In this document: in pieces, positions 50,004 through 57,329 of the stretch | Position numbering within the stretch: position 1 is the stretch's first letter | Layout of the letters: every line of letters starts with the position of its first letter | DNA from: an uncultured virus (IMG/VR IMGVR_UViG_3300024264_000009) | Lineage: Duplodnaviria; Heunggongvirae; Uroviricota; Caudoviricetes | Reading direction: 5' to 3' (one strand) | Virus record (IMG/VR): IMGVR_UViG_3300024264_000009 | DNA: 64,000 bases | Notes under the pieces: model-generated | Seen by the model: the letters and a program-made list of their open reading frames with translations, nothing else | Told to the model about the DNA's origin: nothing | The model's database searches: none | Position numbers and translations under genes: made by a program

Positions 50004-50819
50004 TTACCCCATTAAGTCCATGACTGGCATTTCAAAGTTCAGTCTAGACTCTTCTTCTAATCTTGTAATCTCTTCTTGTGCTTCTTGTTTCATTGCAGAA
50101 CCATCGAGTGTCACCCCGCCTGGAAGTGCAATACCTTGGAACTTGGATAGGTTTTCACCCCATTGATACTTAACTAATGCAGTTGCATATTTTTTCAACC
50201 ACATATCATTATAGATATCAGTCATGTCTGTAGGGTCTAATTTTCTATAACATTCAATAATGATATACTCCCCAGCACTTAATTTACTTGCACTGTAGTC
50301 CATGTAGAGTCTGTTAGAGTGCATATTATATCTTATAGGTATCTGACCCACTAAGATATCATTTAAGAGTGATAAGTGTGATTGAACTTGTGAATAATAT
50401 AAAACACTGGTTGAAGTTAAATCATACAAGTCATTGAGTCTTAATTGGTATTGAATATCAAACATACTTGAAGTCTGACCCGAATTGAAAGGGAATATCT
50501 GCAATACACTTAACACATGTTCGGGTAGTGTAATGTAGTTTTGACCTTCACCAAACGTCTGACCTGAAATTGCATGTGTTCCAGTTGTCGCTGCATTGTG
50601 AGTTTCATTCGTTTTAAATGAATCAATCTCTTGTTGTGTAATTTGGTGTTTAAGGTATGTTTTTATAGAACCATCGTAATGATATTCACGGAAATATTGA
50701 AGTGCCTCGTCCATTCTGTCATCAAATTGGTCATCGTCCACATTGATTTCTAAAACTGGAGCTCCAAGTTTTCTCTTGATATACTCTTTAAAGGTTGCTT
50801 TTGAATTTGGTTCTGCCAT
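50004..50819 (-). CDS. gp13: Neck protein
   Basis: RKLGAPVLEINV, WLKKYATALVKYQWG.NL.KF.G..LPGGV. Confidence 0.95.
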   Translation of the reverse strand: MAEPNSKATFKEYIKRKLGAPVLEINVDDDQFDDRMDEALQYFREYHYDGSIKTYLKHQITQQEIDSFKTNETHNAATTGTHAISGQTFGEGQNYITLPEHVLSVLQIFPFNSGQTSSMFDIQYQLRLNDLYDLTSTSVLYYSQVQSHLSLLNDILVGQIPIRYNMHSNRLYMDYSASKLSAGEYIIIECYRKLDPTDMTDIYNDMWLKKYATALVKYQWGENLSKFQGIALPGGVTLDGSAMKQEAQEEITRLEEESRLNFEMPVMDLMG

Positions 50820-50854
50820 AGTAGTTTCCTGTTATACTACTATTTATAACGAAT

Positions 50855-51115
50855 TTAATCTTGGAAATAGGTTTTACTTTGAAGTCTATCTATCTTTGTA
50901 TCTATATTACTAATTGAATCCATAATTCTTTGAAAGTCGGCTTCAATTTGTTCTCTAGTAGCATAATCTCTAGCAATCTCTTCTCTTGTTTTATTGATTA
51001 GAATATCAATTCGTTTTTGTTCTGATAGAACATTTCGAACTAAGAAACCTATGGGTAGAATAACAACTGTCATTATGACATTCCATAAGATATAAGGTGA
51101 TATGACTATTTCCAT
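50855..51115 (-). CDS. Small TM + coiled-coil protein
   Basis: N-terminal TM segment; LINKTREEIARDY; TATAAATA at 51121-51128. Confidence 0.7.
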   Translation of the reverse strand: MEIVISPYILWNVIMTVVILPIGFLVRNVLSEQKRIDILINKTREEIARDYATREQIEADFQRIMDSISNIDTKIDRLQSKTYFQD

Positions 51116-51133
51116 ATCATTATTTATAATATT

Positions 51134-51841
51134 CTACTCGTCTGTAGTGGTTTGGTTTTGTATTAGTTTTCCATTTTCATCAGTATGAAAAGTAAGTTCA
51201 TCAGGGTGGAACCCTTGCAACTGAGAATGTCTTGAGTTGTTTGAAAGGAAATTCATATTCATATTGAATGATATACTATATCTATCTTTTTGAGTAAGAT
51301 TGGGTTCAACCATATGCATTAATGCACTTGGAAATAGAAATAAATGACCAGTTCTTGGTGCAAGTTTCCAGTTCTGTGCATCTCTAGGAGAATATGGAAA
51401 GTCTGAAACTACTTTACAGTCTGTATCAATAGCCATAAAATTACCTTCATCACCATCTGCTTTTATATAAAACACACCACTATACCAACAACCATTATGT
51501 AAGTGTGGTGCATTCCATGCTGTATTATCATTAATGTTTGCCCATGCATTACCTATTGATAATTGAAGTTCTGTTGGACTATGTCCTGTATAACTCAATA
51601 ATTCAGTATCAAAAGTATTCTTAATTGTTCTTATTGCTTTAGAGAAGGTTGGATTTCTTTCTACACCATCATTAGACTGCCAACCAGTATACTGATTAGA
51701 GACTTGTCTACCCTTCGGGTCTTTCTTTCTCATACTATCCATAGTATTTGCTAACATATCCATATAATCTTGTGTTAATACACCTTCGTCTAAAAGGTTT
51801 CTTTCAATACATGCATATGGAAATAGTAATCTAATCGCCAT
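51134..51841 (-). CDS. 2OG-Fe(II) oxygenase-like protein (TIGR02466-type)
   Basis: GWQS, WANIN..PHLH..WYSGVFYI, LFPS.L.H.V.PN...RYSISFN. Confidence 0.88.
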   Translation of the reverse strand: MAIRLLFPYACIERNLLDEGVLTQDYMDMLANTMDSMRKKDPKGRQVSNQYTGWQSNDGVERNPTFSKAIRTIKNTFDTELLSYTGHSPTELQLSIGNAWANINDNTAWNAPHLHNGCWYSGVFYIKADGDEGNFMAIDTDCKVVSDFPYSPRDAQNWKLAPRTGHLFLFPSALMHMVEPNLTQKDRYSISFNMNMNFLSNNSRHSQLQGFHPDELTFHTDENGKLIQNQTTTDE

Positions 51842-52733
51842 CTTTATCTCCTATAGGTAATTCTAGTTGTATTTCGGGTGAGTCTTCACTGACATGATAA
51901 GGACACTCGGGTGGTGGACTCTCTTCTTTAAAGTTTTTACCCTTACCTGTATGTAGTTTCCCACCTCTATATCCACCTAATGCAAATTCTTCACTTCTTG
52001 CTTCATTAGAAGTTGATGGGTCTCTTGAAAACTCGTCCATAGTTTTTTGACGACCTTCATTTGCAGTTAGATAACTTCTATTCTTTGTCCAGTCTCCACT
52101 TCCGTTTACTAGGTAAGTTGCATTCCACTCCTCTCTTTTAAATGGTATTACTTGAACTAAAGGAGTTCCTTTCTTTATAACAAACGAATGACTGACACGT
52201 GGATAAAATATAATTTGTGCATTGTCATAGTTTGCATTAAATTTATCCGTGTCAATAATTCCCTGCCATGTTGCAAAGTATTTATTTTGAAATAAAAATG
52301 GGTCTAGATACATAGTGGAATATCCAGGCGGTGTAGTTATGTTCCATGCATTTCTAAACTTAAATGCACTCCTTACGGGTGCTTCATCATCAGGAAGATA
52401 TTGAAATGCATATCCCATCTGCCATGAGGGGTGATGAGGAGAAGAAGTTTCCCAACCATCTCCAAATTCTGATGAACTAACATATTGACTGTCATCATTA
52501 TCATCTATGTGACCATTTTTTACAATCATATCTCGATTTGCACACAAATACCAACCACTTTTTAACCAATCGTCCATGGCTGGACATGCACGTATAGTAG
52601 TTCCCATGATTCCACGAGTATATTCATTGAACTTCATATTTTTCCACCAATCAGGTGTGACAGATTTTGCTAATACAGGTTTAGTGTCTCTTAAAGTCTG
52701 TTCATTAAATGTGTTGAATTCTATTGTGGGCAT
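51831..52733 (-). CDS. Hypothetical protein (DUF6065-like / dUTPase-fold-like)
   Basis: TIRACPAMDD..GW, KF.N.W.I.TPPGYS, GIIDTD, GTPLVQVIPFKRE. Confidence 0.75.
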   Translation of the reverse strand: MPTIEFNTFNEQTLRDTKPVLAKSVTPDWWKNMKFNEYTRGIMGTTIRACPAMDDWLKSGWYLCANRDMIVKNGHIDDNDDSQYVSSSEFGDGWETSSPHHPSWQMGYAFQYLPDDEAPVRSAFKFRNAWNITTPPGYSTMYLDPFLFQNKYFATWQGIIDTDKFNANYDNAQIIFYPRVSHSFVIKKGTPLVQVIPFKREEWNATYLVNGSGDWTKNRSYLTANEGRQKTMDEFSRDPSTSNEARSEEFALGGYRGGKLHTGKGKNFKEESPPPECPYHVSEDSPEIQLELPIGDKDGD

Positions 52734-53458
52734 TGTTTAAACCATTCCTTATCTTCTACAAGTCTAATTTCATCACCTCTGATTACTATTGACTTCCTAT
52801 CTATATATCGTGCTTCGGGTGTGGGTGCATCTGCACCATGTGGTATTCTTCCGTCAAATACAACAAGTCTATTTGGAACAAATTCTATTTCTGCAATTTG
52901 GTGATTCTTAATATGGTCGTTCCTTCCATGTAAACCCTGTTGCATTTCGTCATATATTCTCAAAGGGCCTCCCCAATGTTTTGACCAAAACGTATTAGTG
53001 TAATATAGAAATGATAGATTCCATTCATCTTCATCTGAACAATCTGAGTGTGTTGTTCCATGTAATCCTTGTGTCTGAGAGTTTAAACCCATATATTGAA
53101 ATCTTTCCCATGCAAAACCAAAATCAGTTTGTAGTTTTTTATCTAAAAATCTTGCTACTAGTTTGGGTGCAGAATTGTGGTAATCTGCAATATCACCTGC
53201 GAAATTAGGATATGTATATTTTGGACTTCTTTCAAGTGCAGAGAGTAGTGTTCCACCCCAAAATTGATGATGTGATAAACCTGTAGGACTTGTCCCTCTT
53301 ACTTCATTCCTTTTTGCCCAAATGTTAGAATTAGCAATTGATTTATCGACCCAATGATGTAGTTGGACTGGCAACCAATTATCAATTATGTGAATGTCTT
53401 TAAGGGGGAATCCTATATCTTTTAACTTAAAGGACTCATCATGATAAATGAGTTCCAT
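52721..53458 (-). CDS. 2OG-Fe(II) oxygenase
   Basis: HSD, LYYTN..W...WGG, PNRLVVFDG.IPH...RKSI. Confidence 0.88.
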   Translation of the reverse strand: MELIYHDESFKLKDIGFPLKDIHIIDNWLPVQLHHWVDKSIANSNIWAKRNEVRGTSPTGLSHHQFWGGTLLSALERSPKYTYPNFAGDIADYHNSAPKLVARFLDKKLQTDFGFAWERFQYMGLNSQTQGLHGTTHSDCSDEDEWNLSFLYYTNTFWSKHWGGPLRIYDEMQQGLHGRNDHIKNHQIAEIEFVPNRLVVFDGRIPHGADAPTPEARYIDRKSIVIRGDEIRLVEDKEWFKQCPQ

Positions 53459-53461
53459 ACA

Positions 53462-54025
53462 TTAACCTGTTCTAGAGTCAGGCTGAACTAGTGGTTCGGG
53501 AATTACAGATAAGTATTCTTCGTATTGTTTTAGAGTATCTTCTCTTGTGGACATTATCTCTTGAGCAATCTGACTAAAACATGAGTATGCAGTATCACAA
53601 TATTCTAAAACTCTTCTTGCATCTGCACGTCTAGGGTGATTTGAACCTTCTCTTCCAGCGTATGTTGCATAATATAAATCAATCATACCATACAACTCTG
53701 AAGTCGCTTGAGTATATTGACCAATTGTTTGTTCTAGTCTGTTAACATATTGTGTATTTAAGTTATATCCTAAAGGTGGTTCTGAATTTTCTATGTATAA
53801 TTCAATACTACGTTTGTCTTCATCAGTTAGTATGGATTTTTCTTGACCTTCGAAATCTCTAATTTCGTCATTCCATTTTAATATTTTAATTTCAATATCA
53901 TCATAGACAAGAACCTCATAATCAAATCCTAGTTCGGGTTGGTCTACATTTTCATATTCCCATTCCAAACCATTTGGTTTTCTAATTATTAGTTTTCCGC
54001 TTTCTGTGTAAATTAATGCATTCAT
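53462..54025 (-). CDS. Hypothetical protein
   Basis: GAGG RBS before ATG 54025; lies within the enzyme cassette. Confidence 0.75.
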   Translation of the reverse strand: MNALIYTESGKLIIRKPNGLEWEYENVDQPELGFDYEVLVYDDIEIKILKWNDEIRDFEGQEKSILTDEDKRSIELYIENSEPPLGYNLNTQYVNRLEQTIGQYTQATSELYGMIDLYYATYAGREGSNHPRRADARRVLEYCDTAYSCFSQIAQEIMSTREDTLKQYEEYLSVIPEPLVQPDSRTG

Positions 54026-54060
54026 TTGTTTGTTCCTCTCTCCATTATATAATAGAATTG

Positions 54061-55623
54061 TTATTTTTGCAAGATGTTTTTTGCTTTTATCCAATCATCT
54101 AGATTATTTATGTTGGAATAATCCATGTCTTTTACCCATGGGCCTCCCCTTGTATAGTGAATACCATGGTAATCCCATTTTTCATCAGGGTTATCATACC
54201 CTTCGGTAAATACATACTTTTCGGGTATCGGACTAATCTTATCAGTCCATTCGAATTGGTGTAGTTGTTTTCCTGTCCATGTATTGACAGCTTCGGGTGT
54301 TAACTTTTTACAGTCTTCATGACTATTATTAAAAATCATAAGACTCGACCATAGTTTTTTAGGATAATCTATATTGACCTCACCATTAAACTTAGTTGTA
54401 TCATGTTCTATTTGTTTATACTGAATACATGCAACTGCATCATCTAAATTCAGATAATAGAATAAAGGTAGAATATTGTTTCTCCATATGAAATCATTAT
54501 CAATAAAGATACTATATCCTTCATAGTTTTCTAAATGTGGTATTAGGAATCTACTGTAAGTAAATTCAGTAGACTGATTTGCATACTCCCTATTATAGTC
54601 GGGAAGTTTAGAAATGTCAAGGAATTTGATTTCGGGTTCCCAATGAAGTTCTTTTTGGTATTGACCCATACTTTTAGACAATGAATGTAGTATTGAATTT
54701 TTGTTGACCTCATGTAGGTCTCCGTGATTAGAATCATATCCTATGTAAATATTAAGGGGTTTACCTTTTGATTGAAGTGTAGCCTTTTTACTATGTGCAT
54801 AAACCTCTTCTCTAAAACCTAACTCCATTAAGTTATGGTTGTATTCTAAATTTCCATTACAGAAAGTTATTGATAGACTAGGGTGACTTACATGTTCTTT
54901 TTTATCTTCTAGTTTTTTTCTCCAAAACTCTAACGCTTCGTCACAAGTTAAAGGTGTTATATCAAAGATATCATGTATATCTGTTGCAAATATTTCAAAG
55001 TTGGGGTCTTCCAATTCCTCAAAAACTTTAGACCTAATAGTGCCTGGGTGTATTCTAAAACCAAATCTATTATCAACTTTATATGTAGTCCCTTGTATTG
55101 GGTGTCTTAAACCTTCTTCTTGAATACTCTGAATTAACCAATGTGCTTTTGCACTATGATAATACATAGAGTTTATTTGGATTTCAGACCACATATCTGA
55201 TTTCTGTTCTTCTGTAAGTTCTACATAATCTCTTATATCTGCATATTCACCATCTGCAGTCTTACAATCCATTTGACCTACTTGTCTACCCTCTCTTTCT
55301 ATTGCTGTATATACGTCAGGTAAAAACTTGTGATAGTGAACGGATTCTAGTCCAGCACCTTGGAAACCTAAAAAGGTTTTATTCTTTCGAAGTTCTAGTA
55401 TATCACCCCATTTTATAATTTTTGTGGGTGGAATAATGTTTTCAAAAATATATTTGAATGATTTGTATGCGTCTGATTCTTTATCTATATTATAGATATC
55501 TTGGAAAACACCAATATTGTAATCTTCCTTTGCAATAAGGTCTCGGAAATCCATTTCCTTTAAGTTCCAATCTTCGGGTTTAATTTCGTTGATAACGTCT
55601 GAATAGTATTTCAAGTATTTCAT
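54061..55623 (-). CDS. Fusion of a ParB/Srx-like N-terminal region and a GT-A glycosyltransferase (CDI/GT8-like)
   Basis: LIQSIQEEGLRHPI...IHPG..R; C-terminal IYIGYD, STEFTYSRFLIP, FIDND (DxD), WSSLMIFN, LHQFEW, HYTRGGPW. Confidence 0.82.
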   Translation of the reverse strand: MKYLKYYSDVINEIKPEDWNLKEMDFRDLIAKEDYNIGVFQDIYNIDKESDAYKSFKYIFENIIPPTKIIKWGDILELRKNKTFLGFQGAGLESVHYHKFLPDVYTAIEREGRQVGQMDCKTADGEYADIRDYVELTEEQKSDMWSEIQINSMYYHSAKAHWLIQSIQEEGLRHPIQGTTYKVDNRFGFRIHPGTIRSKVFEELEDPNFEIFATDIHDIFDITPLTCDEALEFWRKKLEDKKEHVSHPSLSITFCNGNLEYNHNLMELGFREEVYAHSKKATLQSKGKPLNIYIGYDSNHGDLHEVNKNSILHSLSKSMGQYQKELHWEPEIKFLDISKLPDYNREYANQSTEFTYSRFLIPHLENYEGYSIFIDNDFIWRNNILPLFYYLNLDDAVACIQYKQIEHDTTKFNGEVNIDYPKKLWSSLMIFNNSHEDCKKLTPEAVNTWTGKQLHQFEWTDKISPIPEKYVFTEGYDNPDEKWDYHGIHYTRGGPWVKDMDYSNINNLDDWIKAKNILQK

Positions 55624-55641
55624 AGTATATATTTAGGACAT

Positions 55642-55671
55642 AAAAAAAGGGGTCTGCAGACCCCCTTTTTT
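55642..55671. terminator. Bidirectional intrinsic terminator
   Basis: AAAAAAAGGGGTCTGCAGACCCCCTTTTTT. Confidence 0.85.
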
Positions 55672-55691
55672 GTTGTAATACGTTTCCAGTA

Positions 55692-56561
55692 TTAGTAGAT
55701 TCCTGGCGCATCTCCTGGCCCATCGGGTGTTGGGAAGCCACCACCTCCACCACCACCAGTTTGGAAGAAGTAAACTCCAGGCTGTCTATGGTTATATGTG
55801 AACGGATTCCTTGCTGGAACTGGTTGTCTAGCATTAGCAATATAAGGCACACGATATGAAAACGGATTCCTTGCTGGGACTGGTTGTCTAGCACTAGCAA
55901 TATATGGAACCCTATATGTAAATGGGTTTCTTGCTGGAACTGGTTGTCTTATATTCGCAGGATACCTTGCATTATATGTAAATGGAGTCTGTCCATTACT
56001 AGGACTCTGACCATTCGCAGGATACCTAGCATCATATGTAAATGGAGACTGTTTATTCCTTTGGTTAGGTTGTTGAGCATTTACAGGACTTCTGTATGTA
56101 AATGGAGACCTATATTGGTATGTAGAAGGTTGTCTTGCATTACTAGGGTTCTGATAAGTGAACGGACTTCTATATTGGTATGTAGAAGGTTGTCTAGCAT
56201 TACTAGGGTTCTGATAAGTGAACGGACTTCTATGTTGATAAGTAGAAGGTTGTCTAGCATTCGCTTGATAAGTTGTCTGTGCATTCGCAATATAAGGTGT
56301 CTGTGCATTCCTAATAGAAGGATTCTGTGCATTCGCAGTATAAGGTGTTTGTGCATTTGCAATATAAGGTGTTTGTGCATTTGCAATATAAGGATAAGGA
56401 ATTTGAGTTAATTCTTGTCCTGACGCATTATTCCACCCCGAAGGTGTCTTAACATAAATTTGGTCAACTGCACTCCATGAAGAAGAACCAGTTTTGACCC
56501 ATGCACCTTGAGTTGAATTCCAACCTGAAGGTGTTTTTACTTTTTGATTTCCTGTTGCCAT
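55692..56561 (-). CDS. Repeat protein B: Trp-motif N-terminus, 206-aa Pro-segmented tract, Gly-rich tip; probable fibre appendage
   Basis: VKTPSGW/WVKTG/YVKTPSGW, then 8-aa and 20-aa repeats; lies downstream of the tail-fibre genes. Confidence 0.85.
   Translation of the reverse strand: MATGNQKVKTPSGWNSTQGAWVKTGSSSWSAVDQIYVKTPSGWNNASGQELTQIPYPYIANAQTPYIANAQTPYTANAQNPSIRNAQTPYIANAQTTYQANARQPSTYQHRSPFTYQNPSNARQPSTYQYRSPFTYQNPSNARQPSTYQYRSPFTYRSPVNAQQPNQRNKQSPFTYDARYPANGQSPSNGQTPFTYNARYPANIRQPVPARNPFTYRVPYIASARQPVPARNPFSYRVPYIANARQPVPARNPFTYNHRQPGVYFFQTGGGGGGGFPTPDGPGDAPGIY
55782..56399 (-). repeat. 618-bp coding tandem-repeat tract of protein B (24-bp and 60-bp units)
   Basis: For example ggacttctatattggtatgtagaaggttgtc recurs at 60-bp period; 29 segments. 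Confidence 0.92.
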
Positions 56562-56571
56562 ATCTTATTCC

Positions 56572-57273
56572 TTAACTAATTGGGGTTGCAGGCCATTGCT
56601 GTGATACAACTCCGTCCCATCTAGCTTCGGGTGTTTGTCCCTGTCTTGCATATGTAGAAGGTTGTTGATTAGTATACGTTGACGGCTGTTGGTTAATATA
56701 AATTGACGGACTTCTATGTTGATAAGTAGAAGGCTGTCTATTCTGATATGTAGAAGGCTGTTGATTAGTATACGTAAATGGAGTCTGTGCATTCCTAATA
56801 TTAGGTTCTTGACCATTAACTGGATTTCTATATGTGAATGGTGTTTGTGCATTCCTAATGTTAGGTTCTTGACCATTAACTGGGTTTCTATATGTGAATG
56901 GTGTTTGTGCATTCCTAATATTAGGTTCTTGTGCAGAAACAGGATTTCTATACGTAAATGGAGACCTATGTGAATAAATTATAGGTTGTCTAGCATTAGC
57001 AATATATGGAACCCTATATGTGAATGGGTTTCTATATGTGTATGGTTGTCTTGCATTAGCAATATAAGGCACACGATATGTGAACGGACTCTGATACGTA
57101 AAAGGTTGCTGAGCATTTGCTGGATATCTTGCATTATACGTAAATGGATTCTGATACGTAAATGGTTGTTGAGCACTTGCTGGATACCTTGCACTATACG
57201 TAAATGGACTCTGAAACGTAAAAGGTTGCTGAGCATTTGATATATAGGGATATTGTCTATAACCTGTTGCCAT
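56572..57273 (-). CDS. Repeat protein A: 206-aa Pro-segmented tract with Trp-containing C-terminus
   Basis: PFTY/PSTY/NAQ repeats ending in ARWDGVVSQQWP. Confidence 0.85.
   Translation of the reverse strand: MATGYRQYPYISNAQQPFTFQSPFTYSARYPASAQQPFTYQNPFTYNARYPANAQQPFTYQSPFTYRVPYIANARQPYTYRNPFTYRVPYIANARQPIIYSHRSPFTYRNPVSAQEPNIRNAQTPFTYRNPVNGQEPNIRNAQTPFTYRNPVNGQEPNIRNAQTPFTYTNQQPSTYQNRQPSTYQHRSPSIYINQQPSTYTNQQPSTYARQGQTPEARWDGVVSQQWPATPIS
56632..57249 (-). repeat. 618-bp coding tandem-repeat tract of protein A (60-bp and 24-bp units)
   Basis: tgtgcattcctaat..taggttcttg recurs at 60-bp period; 29 segments. Confidence 0.92.
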
Positions 57274-57329
57274 TTATTCTATCTCCACTGAATATTAATA
57301 TTATATTTATGCAATTCTAAACCCCTGTA

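Noticed and set aside
55580..57240. Alternative-frame ORFs over the repeat genes (e.g. 55884-56411 +, 56081-56386 -, 56565-56912 -)
   Set aside because: They are by-products of the repeats lacking stops in other frames and have no RBS or promoter support.
55782..57249. 60-bp periodic repeats as a CRISPR array or a DNA-level inverted repeat
   Set aside because: The units are in-frame coding repeats with synonymous variation and no unique spacers, and no cas genes are present. Both genes are on one strand, so the mirror exists only in segment order.
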